Notes: a model not told the origin generated them from the letters alone. A stretch of 64,000 nucleotides of DNA from Gammaproteobacteria bacterium F7 (GCA_001593685.1 LUKI01000003.1:7384-71383); one strand, 5' to 3'. Shown: positions 41,577-48,173, counted from the stretch's first letter. Made by a program: numbers and translations.

Positions 41577-42029
41577 GTACTCATTGATACTCGGCGTGTT
41601 ACGGGCGACTTGAACTTTCTCTAAAAAGGAATAAGCATCCTCAAGTAAGTCTGTTGGCAAATTCATACTTTTATTAAAGTCAATTCTAGCTGTAAGCGTT
41701 TCGAACATGTTGAATTTATTATTCATTTTAGCATCCGCTTCCGGCGTTCCAGTTGTGTCGATTACACTCCCATCACTATTAACCTTTAGAAGTGGCGGGG
41801 GGAGGAATGCTGAGCTTAAATCACCCTCGCCAGCTTTCATTAAGGCGCTGGCAAGAGCCATTGACTCGTTGTAGTTCATATTCTTTGGGTCAAATGTTTC
41901 GGCAAGTTCACGAGCTAGCGGTTGGTTGGATTGTGTGTTGCCAGTCATCGTTGTTTGGGGCGGCATATTGTTGCCGCTTTTTTGTGTTGGTGTTATAGCT
42001 GAAGTCGCTATTGCACTTCCAATTTGCAT
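41571..42029 (-). CDS. Cassette 1 ORF, antisense to the array; hypothetical 152-aa protein
   Basis: ORF with a low-complexity N-terminus (TSAITPTQKSGNNMPPQTTMTGNTQSNQ) and no recognised family. Its stop codon is the TTA of the attI/R' core. Confidence 0.5.
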   Translation of the reverse strand: MQIGSAIATSAITPTQKSGNNMPPQTTMTGNTQSNQPLARELAETFDPKNMNYNESMALASALMKAGEGDLSSAFLPPPLLKVNSDGSVIDTTGTPEADAKMNNKFNMFETLTARIDFNKSMNLPTDLLEDAYSFLEKVQVARNTPSINEYT

Positions 42030-42102
42030 GGTTAGCCCCTAGTATCATTAGTTAAAAATTAAGTGTTGCAAGGTGTATGCCATTAAACTAGTGAAGCCAA
42101 AC

Positions 42103-42186
42103 ACATAACAAGTGCAGGCACGGCGACGCCTACTACATTGCGCCTTCGGCTCCATTTCGCAGGCGCGCATGCTGCAAGCGTTATGT
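42103..42186 (+). repeat. attC site 1 (84 bp)
   Basis: R'' ACATAAC (42103-42109) ... R' GTTATGT (42180-42186); arms ACATAACAAGTGCAGGCA / ATGCTGCAAGCGTTATGT are imperfectly complementary. Confidence 0.8.
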
Positions 42187-42271
42187 GATTGGTGGACAAT
42201 TCATACCCATTGGGGCTAAAATGCCCGCTCGCGGCTGCACATGAATTTCAGTCAACTTTAGAGAAAATACG

Positions 42272-42703
42272 ATGATTGTAGAAAATGTGCTTCCTGAAAA
42301 CTACGCAGAAATGCTTAGTGTTTGGGAAAATTCAGTCCGAGCAACTCATGACTTCATAATAGAAGAAGATATTGAGTTTTTTAAACCAATTATCATTGAG
42401 CAGGCTTTTCCTGCTGTCACGTTAAGATGTGTGAAAAATGAAAGTGGTTCAATTTTAGGTTTCGTGGGTATCCACGACTCAAAGGTTGAAATGCTGTTCA
42501 TCTTAAACGAGGTAAGAGGGCAAGGTGTTGGTAAGGTGCTACTGCAATACGCAATAGAGCAGTTAGGCGTAACCAAAGTCGATGTAAACGAACAAAACCC
42601 GCAAGCGGTAGGTTTCTACGAGCATATGGGTTTCAAAGTTGTTTCTCGCTCGCCGCTTGATGATATGGGAAAACCTTTTCCAATTCTGCATATGACACTT
42701 TAA
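42272..42703 (+). CDS. Cassette 2: YjaB-like GNAT N-acetyltransferase
   Basis: ...VWENSVRATHDFI...VDVNEQNPQAVGFYEHMGFKVVSRSPLDDMGKPFPILHM closely parallels E. coli YjaB as I recall it (...CRSVDATHDFL...NVNEQNEQAVGFYKKVGFKVTGRSEVDDLGKPYPLLNL). Confidence 0.85.
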   Translation: MIVENVLPENYAEMLSVWENSVRATHDFIIEEDIEFFKPIIIEQAFPAVTLRCVKNESGSILGFVGIHDSKVEMLFILNEVRGQGVGKVLLQYAIEQLGVTKVDVNEQNPQAVGFYEHMGFKVVSRSPLDDMGKPFPILHMTL

Positions 42704-42786
42704 AGCTCGGTTTGTCGTAACCAGTTTGTCAGAAGAAACGCCCAAGGCTAATAACTTTGGGCGTTTCCGTATGCGGCGAAAAAATC

Positions 42787-42913
42787 ACATAACAAAGCGT
42801 TTAAGACGGATTCCCAACGCTTGGCATTTTCAGTTTGAATCGGCTTTAGTGTTTACGGCACAATAGCTTAGGTCTGGTGGTAGCGTTGCTCACCACTTAA
42901 CGCGGCGTTAGCT
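42787..42913 (+). repeat. attC site 2 (127 bp)
   Basis: R'' ACATAAC (42787-42793) ... R' GTTAGCT (42907-42913); arms ACATAACAAAGCGTTTAAG / CTTAACGCGGCGTTAGCT. Confidence 0.75.
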
Positions 42914-43183
42914 GTCACAGTCACCATCGCAATAAGCTCTGCATGTAATGCAATACCCAAACTCCTGCGTTAACGCTCGCATCGTGTCTGCAGTGGGATT
43001 ACCGTTTAGCGATTGATCCCAACTCAATACAAGAGCATCGAGCAATCGCCCAAATGTACCAGCGTTTTTATAGCACTGAGTTTCTAATCTCTGGTTTTTA
43101 TCGACCAGAGCAGCAACGCAGTATTCCAAACCGGCTTTGTCGTGATTTTGTTCGCAAATAGTACATTTCATAGCATTTTTCAC
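42908..43183 (-). CDS. Cassette 3 ORF, antisense to the array; Cys-rich 91-aa protein
   Basis: CTIC near the N-terminus and CITCRAYCDGDC at the C-terminus. The stop codon is the TTA of the R' core GTTAGCT. Confidence 0.45.
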   Translation of the reverse strand: MKNAMKCTICEQNHDKAGLEYCVAALVDKNQRLETQCYKNAGTFGRLLDALVLSWDQSLNGNPTADTMRALTQEFGYCITCRAYCDGDCDS

Positions 43184-43207
43184 ACTCGGTAAAATTGGTC
43201 AATTAAC

Positions 43208-43265
43208 AGCTAACAAGTCATTCGTGCGGGACGGCTATCGCCGCCCCTCAATTCAAGCGTTAAAA
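43208..43265 (+). repeat. attC site 3 (58 bp)
   Basis: R'' AGCTAAC (43208-43214), the exact complement of the cassette-3 start TTAGCT ... R' GTTAAAA (43259-43265). Confidence 0.8.
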
Positions 43266-43288
43266 GTCACAGACACGTTGGAGGTATT

Positions 43289-43927
43289 TTGAAAGGTCCT
43301 AGCCCTGAAGATAAAGAACCCATGAAAGGGTTTCCTCAAGTAGGATATTTGAAGAATTACATTTCGTCTGAAAATATCATCGTCGGTGACTATACCTATT
43401 ACGATGATCCTGAAGGCCCAGAACGATTTGAAAGCAATGTGCTTTATCATTTTCCATTTATTGGAGATAAGCTCCTGATAGGAAAATTTTGCGCCATCGC
43501 AAAAGACGTAAAATTCATCATGAATGGCGCTAACCATAAAGTTTCCGGATTTTCTACATACCCATTCCAAATATTTGGTAATGGTTGGGAGAAGGTCATG
43601 CCCAAAGAGGGCGATCTGCCCTATAAAGGCGATACGGAAATCGGGGATGATGTTTGGATAGGCTATGAAGCTACAATCATGCCAGGAGTCAAAATTGGCA
43701 GCGGTGCAATTATAGCAAGTAAGTCTATTGTGACAGCTGATGTCCCGGCATACAGCGTAGTTGGTGGCAATCCTGCCAAAGTAATCAAATACCGATTTAA
43801 TGAAAACACAATCAATGAGCTCCTGGAAATCGCGTGGTGGGATTGGAGTGCAGAAAAAATTACTGAAAATCTAGAATCAATAGTCGGTTGTGACCTGATT
43901 GCACTTCGGAATGTAAGTGACTTTTAA
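43289..43927 (+). CDS. vat: Cassette 4: Vat-family streptogramin A O-acetyltransferase (xenobiotic acetyltransferase, hexapeptide repeat)
   Basis: ...[12 protein letters not shown]...[49 protein letters not shown]...[29 protein letters not shown]...[25 protein letters not shown] is nearly colinear with VatD as I recall it. The TTG start lies 5 nt after GGAGG. The stop TAA lies inside R''. Confidence 0.88.
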   Translation: MKGPSPEDKEPMKGFPQVGYLKNYISSENIIVGDYTYYDDPEGPERFESNVLYHFPFIGDKLLIGKFCAIAKDVKFIMNGANHKVSGFSTYPFQIFGNGWEKVMPKEGDLPYKGDTEIGDDVWIGYEATIMPGVKIGSGAIIASKSIVTADVPAYSVVGGNPAKVIKYRFNENTINELLEIAWWDWSAEKITENLESIVGCDLIALRNVSDF

Positions 43928-43969
43928 CAAAGCATTGCAGCGGACAAGCCGCTGAATGCGGCGTTAGGA
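43922..43969 (+). repeat. attC site 4 (minimal, 48 bp)
   Basis: R'' TTTTAAC (complement of the cassette-4 start TTAAAA), stems GCATT-G-CAGCGG / CCGCTG-AATGC, a 5-nt loop, and R' GTTAGGA. Confidence 0.7.
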
Positions 43970-43973
43970 CAAG

Positions 43974-44582
43974 ATGATGGAATCATTAAATAGCTTGCCC
44001 ATTATTGAAATTCTCACAGGTGCTCTCGTAGTGATTACGGGGTTCTACGCTTGGGCAACCTACCATATCTTGAAGGCCAACAAGCGTGTTGTTGACGTGA
44101 TGCAGGAGCAGAATGAGGCTATGAGCCGCCCATACGTTACAATTTCGCCGAAGTTGGAACCCGACAACCCGATTTTCTATCTCACGATTTGCAACACAGG
44201 GCGCACGTCTGCACGTAATTTAAGGCTTACCCTTGATAAGTCTTTCCATAAGTTTGGCGAAAAAAATCCAGACAGTGATTTGGCAGCTTGCGCCGCCTTC
44301 ACTCAACCAATAGAGGCTTTTTCGCCTGGTTCTGAAATGACCTTTTCTTTGGCGCAGGGATTCGTAGTCTTCGCTCAAGACGCAGATGATTCGTTAATGC
44401 CAAAGAAATTTACAATTCATGCCGAATATGAGTACGGCGTAGATAGGGTGGTCAAAGAGTCGCATATTATTGATTTGCGTCCGTACTTGGGAGCAGATGT
44501 TCCGCAGGAAGCCCTAATACGAAAAATGAAAGACCTGATTAAGGCATTAGAAAAAATTGCCTCAAATGTCAAAAAGTCCTAA
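43974..44582 (+). CDS. Cassette 5: hypothetical protein with an N-terminal TM helix (202 aa)
   Basis: ORF fills the cassette. TM helix LPIIEILTGALVVITGFYAWATY. The stop TAA lies inside R'' TCCTAAC. Confidence 0.55.
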   Translation: MMESLNSLPIIEILTGALVVITGFYAWATYHILKANKRVVDVMQEQNEAMSRPYVTISPKLEPDNPIFYLTICNTGRTSARNLRLTLDKSFHKFGEKNPDSDLAACAAFTQPIEAFSPGSEMTFSLAQGFVVFAQDADDSLMPKKFTIHAEYEYGVDRVVKESHIIDLRPYLGADVPQEALIRKMKDLIKALEKIASNVKKS

Positions 44583-44654
44583 CAATCGGCTGCACAGCGA
44601 CCGATTTTCCGCCGCTTCGCGGCTCCAAACCGGCGCGTGAGCCGGGCGTTATGT
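44577..44654 (+). repeat. attC site 5 (78 bp)
   Basis: R'' TCCTAAC (complement of the cassette-5 start TTAGGA) ... R' GTTATGT (44648-44654). Confidence 0.8.
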
Positions 44655-44669
44655 GTCCATGAGCATCAG

Positions 44670-44966
44670 ATGAAGTTTACTTACAGGAATGCAAACAAAG
44701 TACTTTGGGTATGCTTTTGGCTACTTCTGGCTTTGTCTCTTGTATTACATTTTTCAAACAATGAGAAACTGGCATATTTTTCAATGTCTTTCTTACTTGT
44801 TGTTTGGGGAGGCCGGTCTGTATTGGAGTATTTGTTCAATCAAGAAATCACCCTGACGCTTCATCATGTTAAGCCAACCGCTAGCAGTATTGAACGCAAT
44901 ATACATTTCGCACTATCAATAGGCATAATGGGGGCTGGCATATGGTTTCTAATAAGCAACACATAA
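44670..44966 (+). CDS. Cassette 6: small multi-TM membrane protein (98 aa from the ATG at 44670)
   Basis: Three hydrophobic segments. The track ORF begins at a GTG inside attC5, so I prefer the first in-frame ATG. The stop TAA lies inside R'' ACATAAC. Confidence 0.45.
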   Translation: MKFTYRNANKVLWVCFWLLLALSLVLHFSNNEKLAYFSMSFLLVVWGGRSVLEYLFNQEITLTLHHVKPTASSIERNIHFALSIGIMGAGIWFLISNT

Positions 44967-45048
44967 CAAAACGGTCAATGATCGCCTACGGCTGGACAAC
45001 TTTAAGCGCTGCTTCGCAGCAAAGTTGCCCATTACCTTGGCGTTAAAC
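44961..45048 (+). repeat. attC site 6 (88 bp)
   Basis: R'' ACATAAC (44961-44967) ... R' GTTAAAC (45042-45048); arms ACATAACAAAACGGTCAATG / CCATTACCTTGGCGTTAAAC. Confidence 0.8.
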
Positions 45049-45057
45049 ACTAAAGAT

Positions 45058-45387
45058 ATGATAGATATTTGTACCCGTTGTGGAAAACGAAGCAAACTTG
45101 GAGTTAGTTTCAAAATATCTCCCTTGGATGCCGTAGGCTTCGTATTTTTATTATTAGTTTCAACTGTTCCTATATGGTTAATCTCATTCATCGTTACAGT
45201 TATTGCAACGACAAGTGAAGACGGAGGGCCATCGCCACTTGTCTTATCTATCGTTACTTGTTTTTACTTTGTTTTATTCGGTAGCAAACTCGCAAAATTC
45301 ATAAGTTTATTTATAAATTACAAATTCTTATTCCGGTCTTACTGCAAAGACTGTGATGTAGAGTTTCTGCGCAAGGAACTACCATAA
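45058..45387 (+). CDS. Cassette 7: small membrane protein with a split CxxC...CxxC (zinc-ribbon-like) pair (109 aa)
   Basis: MIDICTRCGK... at the N-terminus and ...YCKDCDVEF at the C-terminus, flanking two or three TM helices. The ATG at 45058 is preferred. Confidence 0.45.
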   Translation: MIDICTRCGKRSKLGVSFKISPLDAVGFVFLLLVSTVPIWLISFIVTVIATTSEDGGPSPLVLSIVTCFYFVLFGSKLAKFISLFINYKFLFRSYCKDCDVEFLRKELP

Positions 45388-45388
45388 T

Positions 45389-45429
45389 GTTTAACAAGTG
45401 ACTATGGCGTCACGCCCTGAGCGTTAGAT
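45389..45429 (+). repeat. attC site 7 (atypical, 41 bp, possibly a hybrid or deleted site)
   Basis: R'' GTTTAAC (complement of the cassette-7 start TTAAAC) and R' GCGTTAGAT are present. The arms pair only through GTGAC/GTCAC, and the spacers are asymmetric. Confidence 0.45.
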
Positions 45430-45628
45430 ACCCTAGCTGCTCTGAATTCGATAGGATTTATAAGAGACTTGTTTAATTAAAAGTTAAATTATCAATCGGC
45501 AACTAAAATAAAAACAACTGTGATTTTGTCGTAAAAGCAAATACTTAGTATGAAGCTTGAAAAAATGCTGGATCAAGCAAGTGGTTTAAAATTTTCAAAA
45601 GATCAATTATTTAGCCAAGGAGAAAATA

Positions 45629-46249
45629 ATGAAACAGATTATAGTATTGGCGTTCACTGCCCTCGTTACCAGCATGTCGGTGCATGCAGTAGATGACTTA
45701 GAGGCTCTATATCAGTCAGTCATACCAAAATCTAGTGAATGCTATTCTGCAAAACTTAAAAACTCCGCTGCTGTAGCATGTAACACCTCATGCGGTGAGG
45801 CCGTCGTGAATTTACGTTTGCTTGTAAATGGTATTCCTCAACCACTTCCTGAGAAAGTGAAACAACAAGTTTCCAAATGTGAATTTGATTATTCAGCATA
45901 CGCAGCTGCGACGGCTGGATATAAGGAATCTCAAGTAAAAGGCGTATTGATAAATCCAGAAAGTCTCGGGACGGTAAAGAATAGCAAGATACAAGATCAG
46001 GTAACTAAAGACTCTTATGCATCATTAAAAACTGAACTGGCCGAGTTGGAAAAAGTTTGTGCTAATGCTGATCAAAATCGGCATTCAAAGAATTGTGTGA
46101 AATTCTGCAATAACGCCATATTAGAGCTACAGAAAATCAATACGAATGACGAAAACATTAAACAAGCAATGAAAAATGCGAGAGGCAATGTTGAGAAACT
46201 TCCTTCCGTTCGGCAATGCCGTCTGCGGCATAAATTAGCAACTAGATAA
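45629..46249 (+). CDS. Cassette 8: secreted protein with two copies of a 4-Cys module (206 aa)
   Basis: Signal peptide MKQIIVLAFTALVTSMSVHA, good SD (AAGGAGAAAATA-ATG), and Cys spacing C-x12-C-x3-C... repeated twice. Confidence 0.55.
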   Translation: MKQIIVLAFTALVTSMSVHAVDDLEALYQSVIPKSSECYSAKLKNSAAVACNTSCGEAVVNLRLLVNGIPQPLPEKVKQQVSKCEFDYSAYAAATAGYKESQVKGVLINPESLGTVKNSKIQDQVTKDSYASLKTELAELEKVCANADQNRHSKNCVKFCNNAILELQKINTNDENIKQAMKNARGNVEKLPSVRQCRLRHKLATR

Positions 46250-46418
46250 GATTTTAGGCGTAAATGAAAACCACAGATATTAATCGTGATCGAGGCCAAT
46301 TCAGTTTACTTCGTCGCATGACACCTAACAAGGCTAAGCACTCGGACTATAAAATGAATTTGTTCTTTGCTCCCTACCCTAGAAAAGTAGCTTTTACTAC
46401 GCATTGTATATCCATGTT

Positions 46419-46489
46419 TTATAACAAGTAGCTGTACAGGAAAAATAATTCGCTTTGCTCGCCATTTTCCGGCGAGCTAGGCGTTAAGT
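46419..46489 (+). repeat. attC site 8 (71 bp as the inner option; an alternative 5' arm lies at 46323)
   Basis: R'' TTATAAC (46419-46425) ... R' GTTAAGT (46483-46489); TAGCT/AGCTA pairing. A second 5'-arm-like ACCTAACAAGG lies at 46323-46333. Confidence 0.6.
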
Positions 46490-46567
46490 GTATTAGAAGC
46501 GCAAATTATGCGCCCGTAATGTAAATAATCCATTTCTCCCGTTGCACTCATCAAAGGAATTGAAACT

Positions 46568-47119
46568 ATGCAGGCATACAATATTTTAACAATCAGCACG
46601 GCATTACTGTTAGCCAGTATCAATACAGCGTATGCAGACCTTCTTAATGTGGAATTACGTAAGGCTTATTCAGAATGTAAAACAGCGCAACAGGCATGTG
46701 AATCCACCTGCAAGCAGGCTGTCATCGCAAGAAAAAAAGCCTCGACTAATGCCGAAGATAAGACCCAACAATGCATTGCCGAACATCGTCAGCAGTTTCG
46801 CGGATCAGCAATCAAACAGAAAAGTGAAGGTCCGTTAATAGATGGCTTCGCTTGGATGCCAGACGTAACTGGCACCTATATGCGCCCAGGCCGAGGCATG
46901 TCGTATGTAATTGACGTCCCGGGCAATAAAGACTGGACAAACCTCTGTAAGGGAGAAGCAATAATCAACCCTGAAAATGCTCAGCAGATTCGAACCACAT
47001 TAAGAAACTCACCCAAAGCCATTCCCCAAAAAACGACTTTGAAACTTAGCAAAATCCAGTATCACACAGCCCCCGGTCAAGCTAAATGCTTTTTCTCTGA
47101 AATTGAGGTATTGGAATAG
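46568..47119 (+). CDS. Cassette 9: secreted protein with one 4-Cys module plus a distinct C-terminal domain (183 aa)
   Basis: Signal peptide ...ALLLASINTAYA, SD AAGGAA, and the motif SECKTAQQACESTCKQAVI, similar to the cassette 8 protein. Confidence 0.55.
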   Translation: MQAYNILTISTALLLASINTAYADLLNVELRKAYSECKTAQQACESTCKQAVIARKKASTNAEDKTQQCIAEHRQQFRGSAIKQKSEGPLIDGFAWMPDVTGTYMRPGRGMSYVIDVPGNKDWTNLCKGEAIINPENAQQIRTTLRNSPKAIPQKTTLKLSKIQYHTAPGQAKCFFSEIEVLE

Positions 47120-47152
47120 TTTGAACAAAACTCAGTTAGAACAGATTCTAAT

Positions 47153-47229
47153 ACCTAACAAAAGCAGGCAGCGGCAACAGCAAACCGCCGCTCACTCTGG
47201 CTGTCGCCCCTCTGCTTCTAGCGTTAGGG
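47153..47229 (+). repeat. attC site 9 (77 bp), the last in the array
   Basis: R'' ACCTAAC ... R' GTTAGGG; arms ACCTAACAAAAGCAGGCAGCGG / CTCTGCTTCTAGCGTTAGGG. Confidence 0.8.
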
Positions 47230-47650
47230 CCAAGAGCAACCTGCATGGAGCTTAAAGCTTATATCAAAACACTCATTACGGCAGAATCCGAAATAACCTA
47301 CATAAATAGATTCACAAACTAGCGAGACCGCGAACGAAAATTGAGACTGGCATTTTGTCGTTTTTGTCAATGAAGAAGTAATATCGAGCAACCCTAAAAA
47401 TAAACCGTCATCATACCAATGTAGAGTATTGGTTGTATTTTACGAAGATCACTTTAGAACCCCACCACAGGACCGATCTCGGGCACACTTTGCTATCACG
47501 TTTGACTGCCGTGAATTATTGTTGCTCTATGATTGCTTTAGATTTTTTAAATCCTCAATAAATCCTCGACCAACGGTTATTGCTCTTTGATAATAGCGTC
47601 ACCCCTTCTATGGGGTTTTATCATCACTAATCGATTAAAAAGGCGGCGTA

Positions 47651-47995
47651 ATGGATCACAACACTCCCACCCCTGAAATAACCCAAGACTCAAAAAATTT
47701 AGCCCTGATCACCTGGATTGCCACACTGTTTTTTGGCTTTATCCCCGGCTTAATCATCTATCTCGTTAAAAAAGATGATGCCTACCTATTCGATCAAGCT
47801 AAAGAATCACTAAACTGGTCAATTACCGCAATATTAGCTTACCTGGCTGCCATGCTGCTTAGCTTGATTGTTATTGGCGTTTTTTTAATGCCCATTATTG
47901 GTATTTGCCATTTAATATTTTGCATCATGGGGGTTATTGAATCATCAAAGGGTAAGACGTTCCGAGTGCCCTTTGCCATTCGGTTAATAAAATAA
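47651..47995 (+). CDS. DUF4870-like small membrane protein
   Basis: ...NLALITWIATLFFGFIPGLIIYLVKKDD.Y....AKESLNWSIT... is the layout I associate with DUF4870 proteins; 114 aa. Confidence 0.65.
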   Translation: MDHNTPTPEITQDSKNLALITWIATLFFGFIPGLIIYLVKKDDAYLFDQAKESLNWSITAILAYLAAMLLSLIVIGVFLMPIIGICHLIFCIMGVIESSKGKTFRVPFAIRLIK

Positions 47996-48173
47996 CACTT
48001 ATCGCCTGGGGTTTATTAATAGGCCTCAGGCTACCTATGCTAAAACATCAAAAAACAACAATTACCTATAATAATTACAACAACTTAGCTCAGCATTAAT
48101 CAAAAAAGCGCAAGATTTATAAGGCTTTAGTGGGCTACAATAGTTAAATCGAAATCACCAAGAGATCAGTCCA

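Larger units (their letters stand above)
40277..47229. mobile_element. Chromosomal integron: intI, LexA box, attI and a nine-cassette attC array
   Basis: An integron integrase is divergent from an array of nine units, each ending in an imperfect inverted repeat with RYYYAAC-like and GTTRRRY-like cores (see the individual attC entries). Confidence 0.9.

Noticed and set aside
41792-41998. 68-aa plus-strand ORF in cassette 1
   Set aside because: It is fully embedded antisense in the longer (152-aa) minus-strand ORF, which spans the cassette from its first base. It has no SD and is kept only as a remote alternative.
43253-43570. 105-aa minus-strand ORF in cassette 4
   Set aside because: It is antisense to the Vat-type acetyltransferase, which has clear family motifs.
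42103-47229. Regularly recurring repeats, which could be mistaken for a CRISPR array
   Set aside because: The repeats are imperfect inverted repeats of variable length (41-127 bp) with RYYYAAC/GTTRRRY cores. They are separated by 300-1000-bp ORF-containing units next to an integron integrase, so they are attC sites rather than CRISPR repeats.
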